Positions 36,993-50,412 of a stretch of DNA of 64,000 nucleotides are shown here, in pieces. Position 1 is the first letter of the stretch. The number at the start of each line of letters is the position of its first letter. The stretch lies in NCBI RefSeq assembly GCF_030684315.1, contig NC_081380.1:3810342-3874341 (forward strand), given 5' to 3'. Position numbers and translations under genes: made by a program. The notes under the pieces were generated by a model. That model saw only the letters and a list, made by a program, of their open reading frames with translations, made no database searches and was not told where the DNA came from. The stretch comes from Stegostoma tigrinum (lineage: Eukaryota).

Positions 36993-39789
36993 AAAAAATG
37001 ATTCCTGTGCCTGTTTCTTGTAAGGCATCAGTTATTTACAACGCATCCTGTAGCTCATTCTTACATGAAGCTGACTGTCCAGCTTTTTCCACAGCTTAGC
37101 AGGATCTCTCTTGTCATCTTCAGCCAGGTGCGAGGGCTATGTGCAATCCCTCATTGACAATGGCTGTTGTTATTTTCACCACTTGTCCATCCTGTTTTGT
37201 AATAGTTAAGTCTGCAAAAAATGCTCAATGCTGTCAAAATCAAAGCTCAAAGCTACTTTTTGAAAGCCTGATTTCAAATAGGAGATCTGTGGCCTTCTAA
37301 TACATGGTGGGGAATTTGATAGTCATCTTTCTGATGTTTGTTGCCTTTTACAAATGCTGTTGATCTGTACGAGGTTTACAGTAGTGAAACTACAAGACTA
37401 ATCCACCTTGGAATTTGGTGATGCAGCAACTAAGGTTCATGCGCTTTGTTTTATTCCACCATGCACCGTTTTCAGGTGACGTTCATGCTATTTGTTTTGC
37501 CCACTTTTTCTTTCTGAGCAGGATTGTCAGCAGAAGTTCTATAGGGCTTCAATATAACCCACAGCAAACTCCCGAACACCACCTCCACCATCCAACCACC
37601 AGCTACAGGACGTTCCCTTCAAACTGAGTGGGAATTTAAACTTGGAAGGCCTGGTGTGTGAATCTGGTGGGCGTTGTCAGTTGTCCTAAGCAAGGGTGAA
37701 GAGGCAGTTTTCATGTGCTGCTCAGTATGGGAGATGTGAAGTAACATGGATGAGAGTGTGAGTGTGTAAGGCTGGATGATGACATTACATCTGGTGGCGT
37801 AGAATGTGTATGGACCACAGGGTGGAGTCCATTTCTTGATTGGTTAGTTATGGAAAGATAGCTTTAAGAAATTGAAGGATGTGCTTGTATAAAATATTGA
37901 CAGGGAATGGGAAGTGTATAATCTATTTTTTTCTTGGTGTGTGGCGATGCTATGGCAATGTCCAAGTTGACGACCTGTGCCAGTGCCAGTGCCAGTACGC
38001 TATTGATGATAATTGTAGATGCTTTGGTGGCACCCATACCTAGGGTTCTGGTTGTCCTGTCCTCAATACACCCAAGGGAATCTGGTGATCTGTATAACTC
38101 AGTGTTCTCTTGTTGCTTTGTTCCCTGCCCTCCAGCCTTTTTATAGCAGATGGCGTGCACCCAACTCCTTATCCATAATCAGTAAAACACAAAACCATCC
38201 GAGACATACATGAAAGATTAAACCCATATTCCAATTTTAATTTGTTGCTCCCGGTTTTCTTTTGTGCCTGCTCAAGAGGCCGGACTTGGTTTAATATCTC
38301 ATCAGAACGTTGGTATCTCAGACAGCACCCCTCCCCACAGGTAGGTGCATGCAGGCAGCCAGTCTACAGAATGGGCCAGAATGCACCTCAGCTCACTTCA
38401 CCTCTCAGCACTTGCGCACTTAGTGCCTACTGCATGCTCACATCAACCTTGCTTTTCCTCCCTGTGTTGACTAGTGCAGACACACAAGCAATCTCACAAG
38501 CTGGTCAGCAGTCCTCAGCCAAGGCAGAGTACGTCAGTAATGTATGTCAGGGGTAGTGGCGGTGGTGATGATAAGGGTGGAGCAGTCCAGGGCCAGGATC
38601 ACACTGTCTTCATAAAGGGCACAGTGAATGACCACACCTGTTATGGCCACCTTAACACACTTTGTGCAATATAACATGTATGCCTCTGTCTAAGTTTTTT
38701 CTTCATCCTATGATTTGTATGCTCTTGCTTACTATGATCTGTCTGAACTGCTCACAAACAAAGCTTTTCACTGTACTTAGGTACACATGACAATAAGTCA
38801 AATCAAAACAAATATGTCAAGGGTTGAATTGGGAAGGTAGGTAGGTGCAGATATGTGTAGATGAGTTGGCTGGGGACCTTGCAAGTTGGGAATGGAGTTT
38901 ATGGCAAGTGTTATTGGAAAGGGAAGGTTGATGTGCAGGGCCTCACTAACATATTGAGGAGGAGGATGTAAGCCCCTGGCCAAGGAATGCTCACCGTTGC
39001 TTTCAATTGTGCTGCCACTCAATTGTGTGCAACGGGAAGGAAAATGGGCACAGCCACACTGACAGTGGGCAGGGTAATGGGCTCAATCTGTGAGGCATGG
39101 AGCTGTAGCATGTTAAAATGGTACCCATGCCCAAGTACTGGACCTGGCACTGATCTGTGCGGCCTGTATTCCCAAGCCATCTCAAGCCTCTATGCTTCAG
39201 GGTACCCGTGTACCGACTGACTGCCTAACTCTCTTCTGGATGTTTTTGCCTGCCTGTGTTTCCTTGGACCCCATCCCTCAGAAATAACATAGCCTTTTCC
39301 CTACATTTCTTTAAAATGATCCAAGTTACCAATTCTAATTTCTTCACTTAAATGGTATAAAACCTAATTCAAATATATGCAAGTAAACAGGCCTCCAGAA
39401 TCTGTTGGGATCAAGCTGACTTTAAAATTAAACAAACCGTGCCTGCCCCACACAAAATACAAAGTGTAAGTCAAATTAAAGTGATACATTGCTCTAACAT
39501 TTATGATTAATTTGATGATTGACAAGCTGCTCAATTACAGTCCTGGGAAGAATCATTTCATTTCTGGTGACCTTGAGACCAGATAATATGGTTCCATGAA
39601 AATATATCCATCAGGGTGTTTACTTAGAAACAAAACAGCATGTAAAGGAGAGCCACTGTCCAGTATCAAGTGGTGATAGAGACCAGATGGTAAAGTAGGA
39701 CGGCAGCCTGAAATATATTCTCCAACCCACGGGAAGAGGAAAGGGATTAATTGTTTCATTTCTCCAAGAATGACAGCTTAAGTGTTGAA

Positions 39790-40250
39790 ATGAAAAGACT
39801 TGTATTTTACAGTGCCTTTCATGATCATAAGATGTACTAAAGAGCTTGAAAGCCAATTAAGTAAATCTGGCGTGTCTTTCCTGTTGTGATGTAGGAAATA
39901 TGGGAGGCAATTTGCTCAAAGAAAGAAGTTTCTTTTCTGATCAGATGTTGCTTGAAGAACAGAAATCAGTTGAGACAGTGAGAGGAGATCCCACCACTGC
40001 ACCCAACCCCAACACCCGACCCCGTTCATCTTCAAAATAGTGTGTTGGAATCTTTTACATTTACCCGAGAGGGCAGATAGGGTCGCGATTTAATGTTTCA
40101 CCTTCGACAGGAGCTTCAACAGTGCAGAGCCCCATCAGCCCTGCAGTAGAATACCATTATGGTACAATACCATATTGTGCTCAAAGCCTGGAGGGACTTG
40201 AACCCACACTTTCAAACCCAACAGCAAAGCGTCTGCCAACTGCACCATGG
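39790..40250 (-). mobile_element. Old Deu-domain SINE (SacSINE1/AmnSINE1-like)
   Basis: The reverse strand resembles the Deu core (..ctgcactgt..ga.acattaaa.cg..ccc..tctgccctctc.ggt.aatgtaaaagat.cca..acactatttt gaaga..) with a tRNA-like head. Recognised from memory. Confidence 0.6.
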
Positions 40251-40309
40251 ATTGATGTGTTTGAACTCACTTGTCTTCCAAGTAGAAACCCATTGCATTA
40301 ATTTCAGTG

Positions 40310-40523
40310 ACAGTAGGAACTGCCGACGCTGGAGAATCTGAGATAACATGGTATGAAGCTGGATGAACACAGCAGGCCACGCAGCATCAGAGGAGGAGGA
40401 AAGCTTCACATTTCGGGTCGGGACCCTTCTGAAGAAGGGTCCCGACCTGAAACGTGAAGCTTTCCTCCTCCTCTGATGCTGCTTGGCCTGCTATGTTCAT
40501 CCAGCTTCACACCATGTTATCTC
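40310..40523. mobile_element. 214-bp near-perfect fold-back of Penelope termini, 15-bp TSD
   Basis: GCATTAATTTCAGTG at 40295-40309 and 40524-40538. Arms 40340-40430 and 40433-40523 are reverse complements that meet at the hammerhead CTGAAGA box. Confidence 0.93.
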
Positions 40524-40544
40524 GCATTAATTTCAGTGTTGCCC

Positions 40545-41190
40545 TCCAAATTATTGCACATCTGAAAGGGGAGAGAGGTAGAATGATGGGAAAGTTCAGG
40601 TTCAGGAGATCTGAAAAGACAGAATACCATGTTTGGATGACTAAAGTGGAGAGTATGTGAGGGCTGGGTGAGTAGAGTGGTGAGGACAAGGTAGGTTTGA
40701 ACAAATCACTGAGAGAGAAGCATTTGCAAACCCAAGCGAATGTAGGTCATCAAGCGCAGGAGCATTGGATAAATGGGGCTTGGCATAGGTTAGAATATGA
40801 TCACCAAAGTACTGGACGTGCTGTGTTATTGGATTTGGGAGGCAGGAGGCTGGCCAGGAATCGATTTGAATTGTGGCATCCTGAGGTAACTGAAGCATAT
40901 AGTCATGCAATTTTTGGCTGAGGCAGGGCCGGGGCCAGCCAATGGAAATCGGGTGTTACTGTTAAAGATTGGAATGTGGGGTAGGGGTCAAAGAGGATGC
41001 CAAGCATGCAAACAGTCTGGTTCAGGCTGAGGCAGTGGCGAAGAAAGGGGACAAAATTGACGGCCAAGGAGTGGACTTTACAGCCAAAAGCAAAATGCAT
41101 TTGTCACATCTTTAATAATCCAGAGGTCAAGAGAAATGTCTGCTATATTCAGAGAAAAAGTTGGCATGTGAAATGTAGGCATGGTAAAAG
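40545..41190 (-). mobile_element. Old L2-like LINE remnant
   Basis: Minus frame includes ..VCMLGILFDP..TF.., typical of L2 ORF2 3' regions. Very degraded. Confidence 0.45.
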
Positions 41191-42174
41191 AGGCATCTTT
41201 GGGATCTATTTGATAACAGATATGATGAGTGTGAAGCAGAGAGACCTTCTAAAAGTGAGTGAACACAGTCTGTACTTGATAAGAAGAGGCATCGTATAGG
41301 AGGCCTGAGTTAAAAGTCTAACGAGCATGTTCCAGCATGGAGACCTCAGAAGTTTTCAAAAGGTAGTGATGGAACAGCCCACTTTGTGGTGAGAACAGGG
41401 AATTTGAATTCCATACACTGCAGGAAAGGAAGGTGGCGAGGAGCGGCTTCATGGAGGTTTTTGTAGGTTGGGAGCACTCTCAGATGAGAAGTAATAGCTA
41501 ACCTTTCAGAAAGATTCATGCATAACTGCAGGAGATTGGAAGGAAACCTGCACTCTCTCTCTGGAGTCCTGTTTCTGAGTCTCTCCTTATTCACAGGATC
41601 GAAATGTGGACACAGGCCCAATGCGGCTGGAGAACCAAAGTAGGACTGGCCACTCCCAAGCCTCTGCTGTCACTTTCTATTCGGTATGAGTGCCTGAGGA
41701 GGAATCCCAGAACATGACAAAAAAGCCCCGCTGAAGGGTGGGGGTTGAAGGTTGGAAGAACCCAAGAAAACACAAAGAGCAATATGTCAGTCAGATAGCC
41801 AACAGTGTCTGACTGCTTCTCTACCTCATTCAGAAAGAGTTACAAATAGAGATTGTTTATTAATTGGTTGGTTAGCTAGTGAATTTGCATCCCTTGCACC
41901 TGATTGTGTGTGGGGAAAGAAATTCCTTCCTGTTGTTTGTACAGTGGGAGAATGTTGAATCTTATCACCTTGTCTTGTGCTGAGCCAGAGCTCGGTTCAC
42001 TACACCCCATATGTACATTTACTGTTGCGGCACAGGATTATTTCCATAACGATTCACATTTTTACCTGCACCTGTCATTGACTTGACTCAGGTGGCCCTA
42101 ACAGGAGGACGGTGTACTCTGCTCAGCTCCTGCTTTTCAACCATTCCAGCTCGGGTGAGCTTAGCTGGAATCAG

Positions 42175-43650
42175 AGACAAACAAAGAACTGCGGATGCTG
42201 AAGGTCTGACAGAGAAACACAAACTGCTGGCAAAACTCAACCGGTTCTGACAGCATCCATGGAGAGAAAGCAGAGTTTATGTTTCAAGTCCAGGGACACT
42301 TCTTCAGAAGTAGGAAAAAAGCACTATTTGTGGTGAAGATGAGGTTGGGGAGGGGGCTTTGGGGGAGGAGAGGTGAGCAGGTACATGGCAATGGAGCCCA
42401 GAGAGAGACAGGTATGAAATGGGGATGCTAATGAGAGGATTGTTGATGCTAGGATAGAAAAGAAGCTGAGTGAGTGATAAACTGAGAGGAGGACTGAAAG
42501 GGCAGATTGGGCTGAGAACAACCCACGCCATGTGATAAATGTCCTGGGGATAGATGAGAATGGGTGACTGTGGTGACAGGACAGGGCATGGGGGTGGGTA
42601 CACCACACATAAAGGATGGAATCAGGCTCTAAACATATTAAACTGATGCTGTGTCCCAGGAGCTGCAGGGCCACCAAGCAGAAAATGAGAAGTTGGTCTT
42701 TGAGCTTGTGCTCAGGATGGTTGGAACACTGCAGTAAGACTGTGACAGATATGTTGGGCCATGGAAACACGGTGATATGTTAAAATGGCAGGCAGCTGGA
42801 AGCTTGGGGCCATTTTTAGGGACAAAATATAGGAGTGGGTGGATGTGGAGAAAATGTTTCCACTAAGTAGGAGGAACTAAGACCAGAGGGCACAGCCTCA
42901 GAGTGAAGGGACAGCCCTTTAGAACTGAGACGAGGAGGAATTTCTTCAGCCAGAGGGTGGTGGCTCTGAGAAACTCATTGCCACAGACAGTTGTGAAGAC
43001 CAAGTCATTGATTATATTTAAGACAGATGTTTAAGATAGGTTCTTGATGGGTAAGGAGATCAAAGGTTATGGGGAGAATGTAGGATATTGGGGATAAGAA
43101 ACATATCAAATGGCGGAGTCAACCTGATGGGCCAAATGGCCCAACTGTGCACCTACATTTTATGGTCTTGTGGAGTTCTGCAAAATAGTCACCCAGCCTG
43201 CACTACCTTTCCCCAATGGAGAGGAACTACCCTGTGAGCAGAGAACGGAGTAGCCCAGACTGTGGGAAATGCAGGTGAAGTGCTGCTTCACCTGGGAGGT
43301 ATATTAGGGCCCTTGCATTCTTTGGAGGGAGGAAGTAAAGAGGCAGGTGTTACACCTTCTGTAATTGCATGGGAAGGTGCCACGGGGTTGTTGGGAGTGG
43401 ACGAGGAGTAGGTCAGGGTGTCCTGGAGGGAATGGTCCCTGCGGAAGGCCGACAGGGAAGGGGAGGGGAATGTGTGTCTGGTGGTGGCATCCTGCTGGAG
43501 GCGGTGAAAATGGCAGCTTTTGGGATGGTAGGTGAAGGCAAGGAGGCCCTGTCAATGTTGTAGGTGGGAAGGGTAGGGGCGAGAGAGGAAACAGCACAAA
43601 TGGAGGAGTGTCATGGCTGAGATAGGAGGTCACAGCTGGTTGATCGTCTG
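42175..43650 (-). mobile_element. Older Penelope-like element 3' part, with nested CR1 tail (42835-43170, +)
   Basis: GTFPCN.RRCNTC motif and ..KL..Q.LIFCL..LQ.. tail. Hammerhead-like CTGAAGA..GAAAC at ~42281-42307. Confidence 0.75.
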
Positions 43651-44785
43651 GAGGGGACACTGGTGAGTGGTTAGGATATGGGCTGTGAAACCAAGCCAGA
43701 AGGAGAGAGATTACTTCAGTTGTGTCACTAGCTCAGACAGCATGTTGGAATCAGGTCCTGAGGTGTAGGCGTGTCTAACAATGGCTGAATAGAAGTGGGT
43801 CAGTGCTGGCAGCAAGAAAACTGCAGGGATTTTTAAAAAATTATTTGTAGCTACGGTTTTTAGTCCCCATCTTTAATTGCCCAGAGGGCAGTTAAGAGTC
43901 AGCCACAATGCTGTGGGTCCGGAGTCACATGTGGGCCAGACCAGGTCAGGACAACAGATTTCCTTTCTTAAAGGGTGTTAGTGAGCTTTGATGCTGAATG
44001 ATTTTTATTGTCAAGTGTATTTTGCATTGAGAAATACAATAAAATGGAGTGAAAAGCTTTCATTTGATAATTTATGATAAGAGAATAACCAGATGGGTTT
44101 TATGACTATGGTTACTATAGTTGCCATTGGGTTAGTTTGTAATTCCAGATTATTTTGATTGAATTGTAATTTCATCATCTGTCATTGTGGATACATAGTT
44201 GTGTTTCCAGAACATTAGTGTGGAGTTCTGGATTACTAGGCCAGTTCTTGCTGCTTCCATATTTTCCTGACAGCGATGTTCATTCGAGTGTGGCATGCAC
44301 TGCTCATTGGCTACATATTTAACATTGAGTGAGATTCCAGCTCATCTCCAGCCTCTAAAGGCTATCAGCCCCTCTTATAGGGAAGCTGCTCTGAACAAAA
44401 GGAAGCTGCTACTGATTGCTAATTGTCAGCAATATTTGAAAGAAAACAAAGCAGGATTTGACAGAGAGAGATTTCTCAGGATAATGGTAGGCTGTCATCT
44501 TAGAATCTGATAGGAGTGGAAATGACATGTTTCTGCAGGGAACCAGTAGATCCTGTCTGAAGTGAATGGGTGGCCAGGGAGGTCAATCATGGATCTGGCA
44601 GAGTTGTCGAATATGGCTCAATGACCTCATGGCAGGGAAATAGATCTTCACAGGGCATTAGCTATCCATTGCATCATAAACCAGTCACAATGCTTAACCA
44701 ACCAGCATGCCACACCCCACTCTCACCAGCCCAATCATTTACCTTGAAGCTGTTCCTGGTTCCAGGGCTCAGAATCTTCAGATGG

Positions 44786-45092
44786 AGATTAGATTCCCTA
44801 CAGTGTGGAAACAGGCCCTTTGGCCCACACTGCCCCTTCGAGCATCCCACCCAAACGCATCCCCCTGTAACCCACACACCCCTGAACACTATGGGCAATT
44901 TAGCATGGCCGATCCACCTAGCCTGCACATCTTTAGACTGTGGGAAGAAACCGGAGCACCTGGAGGAAACCCATGCAGACACAGGGAGAATGTGCAAACT
45001 CTGCACGGACAGTTGCCCGAGGCTGGAATCAAACCTGGGTCTCTAGCGCTTTGAGGCTGCAGTGCTAACCACTGAGCCAACGTGCTGCCCCT
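44786..45092 (-). mobile_element. HE1-type V-SINE
   Basis: Close reverse-complement match to 24947-25265. Confidence 0.92.
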
Positions 45093-45169
45093 CACATCAT
45101 CCAAAGCTACACCCTCAAACCACCACTCTCAGCTTCTGCAAAGATTGCAACCCACTGTCTTCAATCTAG

Positions 45170-46450
45170 TTTTAGTTTCTTTTTTATTCACTTGTGGGAC
45201 TTGGGAGCCTCTGGCAGTGCCATCATTTATTGCCTGTTCTAGTTGCCCTTGAGAAGGTGGTGGTGAGCTGTGTTCTTCAACTGCTGCAGTCCACGTGCTG
45301 TGGGTTGATCCACAAAGTCGTTAGGGAGTGACATCCAGGATTTTTGCCCAGCAACACTGAAGGAATGGTGATATATTTCTAAGTCAAGATGGTGAGTGGC
45401 ATGGAGGGGAACTTGTAAGTAGTTGTGTTGCCATGTATCTGTGCCCTTGCCCTTCTAGAGTAGAAGTTGTGCATTTAGAAGGTGCTGTCAGAGAATCTTT
45501 GATGAATTTCTGCAGTGATTCTTGTGGATAGTACACACTGCTGCGACTGAGCGTCAGTGGTGTAGGAAGTGGATGTCGTGGCAATCAAGCGTGCTGCTTT
45601 CTCCTGGATGGTGTCAGCCTTCTTGAGAGTTGTTGGGGGCTGCAGTCATCCAGGCGAGTGGGGAATATTCCATCATGATCCTGACTGGACAGCCTTTGGG
45701 GAGACAGGAGGTGAGTTACTCGCTGCAGTATTCCTAACATCTGATCTGCTCTCATAGCCACTGTGTTTATGTGATAACTCCAGGTGGATTTCTGATCAAT
45801 GGTAACCCCTTGAATATTGATAGTGAGAGATTCAGTGATGGTAAATCCACTGTGTGTCAAGGGGCAATGATTTGATTTTCCTTTATTGGTGATGTTCATA
45901 GCCTGGCACTTGTGTGGTGCGAATGTCACTTGCCACTTATCAGCCTAAGCCTGGATATTGTCCAGATCTTGTTGCATTTGAACATTGACTGCTTCAGTAT
46001 CAAGGGAGTCATGAATGGTGCTGAGCATTGGGCAAGCATCAGTGAGTACCCCTACTTCTGACCTTACGGTGGTGGGAAGATCATTGGTGAAGCAGCCAGA
46101 GATGGTTGAGCCTAGGACCCTATCCTGAGGGAAGCTTTCATGGTATAGTGGTGAGCTTGGTGTCCTGGGTACAGGTCCCACTTGCTCCAGAGATGTGCAG
46201 TAACATCTCTGGACAAGTCAATTAGAAAGTATCTACCCCGAGGAACTCCTGCAGAGGTGTGCTGGAGCTGGAATGACTGTCCTCCAACAAACTACAACCT
46301 TCTTCTTATGGGTCAGGTATGATTCCAAGCAGTGCAGGGCTTATCCCCAATACCCATTGAGTCCTGTTTTGCGAGGGGTCCTGATGCCACACTTGGTCAA
46401 ATGTGGCCATGATGTTAAGGGTTGTCACTCTCACTTCACCTTGGAATTCA
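45170..46450 (-). mobile_element. CR1/L2-like LINE RT 3' fragment
   Basis: PQDRVLGSTI..CFTNDLP..VRSEVG..DAC, QMQQDLDNIQA and TFAPHKCQAM. Confidence 0.85.
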
Positions 46451-47028
46451 ACTCTTTAACTTTTAAGTCACCTCTTACTCTTCTGAACTCCAACAGTTAC
46501 AAATCTAGCCTGTCTAACCTTTTAGTGAGAAGATAACCCACCCGTTGCAAGTATTAGTCTGGTAAATCCTCCCTAAACTACTTCCAACACACATATCCTC
46601 CCTTAAATAAACCTACCAATACTGTACCAGAAGTGGTCTCATGAATGCCCTGTGTAACTGAAGCATCTGTACTTGTTTACTCAGTTCCCCTCACAATTAT
46701 TATGGTGATTTATACACTGAAATCCCAATGTATTGCTGAGTTCTGCACTCAGGGATCTGACTGCAACACAAGTCTGCCGCATTCAATGTTTCTGAAAACA
46801 TTGGGGATGATGGTCTGTCAGTTCCTTGTGTCCTTTCTCTACTCTCACACCCATCCTCATCCTATTTGCTGCTGTAATGAAGGACTGATGACAGTGTGAG
46901 CACAGACCTCTTGCTTTCTCATGTACTCATCTTTCCCCCAGCTCACCCTGTCCCTTCTGGTTTTCAACTTTCTGACAGCTGAGAGAGAGCATCAGCACAC
47001 CATCGATGATGATGCTCTTTCAATTGAT

Positions 47029-48054
47029 AACAAGGTGTGAAGCTGGATGAACACAGCAGGCCAAGCAGCATCTCAGGAGCACAAAAGCTGACGTTTCGGG
47101 CCTGGACCCTTCATCAGAGAGGGGGATGGGGTGAGGGTTCTGGAATAAATAGGGAGAGAGGGGGAGGCGGACCAAAGATGGATCGAGGAGAAGATAGGTG
47201 GAGAGGAGAGTATAGGTGGGGAGTTAAGGAGGGAACAGGTCAGTCTGGGGAGGAAAGACAGTTCAAGGAGGTGGGATGAGGTTAGTAGGTAGGAAATGGA
47301 GGTGCGGCTTGAGGTGAGAGGAGGGGATAGGTGAGAGGAAGAACAGGTTAGGGAGGCGGGGATGAGCTGGGCTGGTTTTGGGATGCAGTGGGGGGAGGGG
47401 ACGACCTGGTCTGGTTTTGGGATGCTGTGGGGGGAAGGGGAAACTTTGAAGCTTGTGAAGTCCACATTGATACCATTGGGCTGCAGGCTTCCCAAGCGGA
47501 ATATGAGTTGCTGTTCCTACAACTTTCGGGTGGCATCATTGTGGCACTGCAGGAGGCCCATGATGGACATGTCGTCTAAGGAATGGGAGGGGTAAGTTAA
47601 AATGGTTCGCGACTGAAAGGTGCAGTTGTTTGTTGCGAACCGAGCGGAGGTGTTCTGCAAAGCGTTCCCCAAGCCTCTGCTTGGTTTCCCCAATGTAGAG
47701 GAAGCCACAACAGGTACAGTGGATACAGTACACCACATTGGCAGATGTGCAGGTGAACATCTGCTTGATATGAAAAGTCATCTTGGGGCCTGGAATGGGA
47801 GTGAGGGGGGAGGCGTAGGGGCAGTTGTAGCACTTCCTGTGGTTGCAGGGGAAGGTGCCGGGTGTGGTGGGGTTGAAGGGGAGTGTGGAGCGGACAAGGG
47901 AGTCACGGAGAGAGTGGTCTCTCCGGAAGGCAGACAAGGGTGGGGATGGAAAGATGTCTTTAGTGGTGGGGTCGGATTGTAGATGGCGGAAGTGTCGGAG
48001 GATGATGCGTTGTATCGGGAGGTTGGTGGGGTGGTATGTGAGGACTAGGGGGAT
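47029..48054 (-). mobile_element. 5'-truncated Penelope-like element (GIY-YIG end plus pLTR), 16-bp TSD
   Basis: ORF 47536-48087 reads ..FTCTSANVVYCIHCTCCGFLYIGETKQRLGERFAEH... TGCTCT(T/G)TCAATTGAT at 47013-47028 and 48055-48070. Confidence 0.93.
47087..47119 (-). ncRNA. Minimal hammerhead ribozyme motif (intact core)
   Basis: Minus strand reads CTGATGA-A-GGGT-CCAG-GCCC-GAAA-CGTC. Confidence 0.72.
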
Positions 48055-48164
48055 TGCTCTGTCAATTGATCTGATGTTAGCAGCCATCCACTTGGTGACC
48101 AGCTAATGGCCTGCTCTTGCTGCCAGCTCCATGAAACCAGTGCGGGATCCAGTCTGACATCTAT

Positions 48165-48760
48165 TGTGACTATAATATTGGCTTTAAAAGGTGTATTTTC
48201 TCCTGTTTTTTTTTGAAGTGGTTTTGAGCCACAGGTGATGAACTGTCTCCTCCAAGCCAATAAAGTTAACAGCTTGCGAGGACAGGGTTTTTTTTTACAA
48301 GTTGAAAGCCAGTTTCCCACAGAACCGTGGTCTTAGTCTAGCTTTCAGTAGTTGTTGAGGTTTTGAAGCTGGCTATGGAAACTGTTATATCTCTGTCTCT
48401 CTGCTACATGTAAAAGTGGGAATACTCTTCCTGCTGCCAGAATTGCATGAGAGACATTTGTTTTCCTGACTTTGTCTTTGCCAAGGGTGTGTTTATGGGA
48501 TGTTACTATATTGGAACAATTACCGTTTACTAGTGAAATAATCTATCACTCTGTTAAGGCTTCCACTCGAGTTAAAGTTATACCAATTCCTCCTTTTGTT
48601 TGTATATTAAAAACAGGGTAAGAATGAAGTGTGTTTTGCTTAAAGCTGTGTAGTTACGTCTAGAACACAGCACCTGACACATACTTTTAAATGAGGTAAA
48701 ATTTAGGGTCCAGGCTACCCCCTTGATATATTTGAAAGGGGTTTGGCCAGGTCCACAACA
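48165..48760. mobile_element. Solo LTR (596 bp)
   Basis: TG...CA ends with a 4-bp TSD CTAT (48161-48164 and 48761-48764). Confidence 0.6.
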
Positions 48761-49347
48761 CTATCTGTTAATGTCAGTATCTCAATTTCCAACTCAGTAC
48801 AGATAGCAATCATTTAACATCTCAGTGTTATACTTTCACCTATCCAGCAGTCATGAGTATCGAGCTTTCTGTCATGTAGACTGCTCCCATCCCTGCTTTA
48901 GATGCGAACAGGCACATTATCTGCCCTCTAATCAAGCACTAAGATTTCTGAGGTGTCCTGCCAGGGCAGTGACAGTGGCACTAATGTCCAGCCCTATCTC
49001 AGGACTGTGTGCCCGCCTGCTTTCCCTGCTGCCACTCTCCTGGACCATGCTGTTGCCTCTCAGCCAGGCTGCCCAGGTTACGACTGCCCACACTGAGGTA
49101 GTGCAGCCCGAGACTGGGCTATCTCAGATTACAGCTGCTTGAGAGCATTTGACCAGGCCACCCACAGTTGCCCCTCATGGAGGTATTACTGTGTTACAGT
49201 CTCATGGCTGAAACCCTGCAGGAGCACACGGACACACTGAGAGAACTGCCAGCCAATGCTAACAGATACAAAAAGATGTATCATTCATTTGGTTTAAGTA
49301 AGGGGTGTGTTTTTTGTGGAAATGTTAACAGTGGTGCATTCCACTAC

Positions 49348-49438
49348 AGATAACAAAGTGTGGAGCTGGATGAACACAGCAGGCCAAGCAGCATCTTAGG
49401 AGCACAAAAGCTGAAGTTTCGGGCCTAGACCCTTCAAC
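49348..49438 (-). mobile_element. Solo Penelope pLTR fragment
   Basis: Reverse complement of 1218-1321; hammerhead core mutated. Another truncated copy lies at ~62597-62671. Confidence 0.85.
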
Positions 49439-50077
49439 AGAAAAGATAGTGTTTAGTTTGCGCCTGCAGGTAGTTCTGCTGTAATGCGTGTTTCGTTACT
49501 GCAGATTGGCTGTAACATGTTTGTGTGACACTAGCTTTCTGCATTACAGGTACAACGATTTTCAATAACGATTTCCCTATAACACGATTTTCTATAGCAT
49601 GAGGTCACACAAGAATGCAACTATTGTGTTATAGGAGAACCACCTGTACATAGTGAAAGGGGGCCATAGTGGATTCGAAAGGGATGTTCTTTCAAGGGAG
49701 GTGAAATTTGAGCAAGCATTCTCAGACCCACCCATTTGCAATAAGCTGACATCCACTCTGTCTCCTCCTTGTCTCCCTACTGGTATCTCCCAGATCTTCT
49801 CTGTCTCTCCTCTCTGACTACCTTCCTGTCTCCTCTCTGTTGGTTCTGACTCCTCTCTGCTTGTACTTCATTTTCTCACTCTTCCCTTCATGTCTCCTCC
49901 TTGCCTTCTCTTCCTCCCAAAGTGGTGCTGAAGGCCTGCTGACCAGCTCTGCACCCTCCCGGGTGTGAGATTGTGGGCGGTGCACTCAGCCAATTGGCAA
50001 TCGCCAACATAATGGCTCACACAGCAACTGGGCATTGATGGGATGCATAGAATTAAATAGAATAGCAACTAGGGGAG

Positions 50078-50412
50078 CTGATGGCCGAGTGGTATTATCG
50101 CTGGGCTATTAATCCAGATGCCCAGGGAAGCAGGTTCAAATCCTGTCATTGCAGATGGTGGGAATTGAATCTAATAAAAGCTTGGAATCAAAACTGTAAT
50201 GATTACCATGAAATCATTGTTAATTATCAAGGAAAAACCCATCTGGTTCACTAATGTTGTTTAGAGAAGGAAAACTGCCATCGTCACCTGATTTTGCCTA
50301 GGTGTCACTCTAGACCCACAGCAATGCGATTGACTCTTACTTACCCTCTGGGCAATTAGAGATCAGCAACAAATGCTGGTCCAGCTGGGCTGCCCTCTGC
50401 CCATGAATAAAT
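50078..50412 (+). mobile_element. tRNA-headed SINE (second family)
   Basis: TGGCCGAGTGG and GGTTCAAATCC boxes, with the shared body. Confidence 0.8.

Larger units (their letters stand above)
33480..37420 (-). mobile_element. Degraded Ty3/Gypsy LTR retrotransposon internal region
   Basis: RT remnants (PQKDGTLKVC..LKRCPHKIP.LE.LNPKFAGA; GLVCNSKEC...FGHLYSG.GIHPDP.K) and RNase H (LQYY...ATLKAD....GL...IIQ..KPVA..SKS). Many stops and nested repeats. Confidence 0.85.

Noticed and set aside
39553-39759. 68-aa minus ORF in unique sequence
   Set aside because: No recognisable homology and no convincing splice sites.
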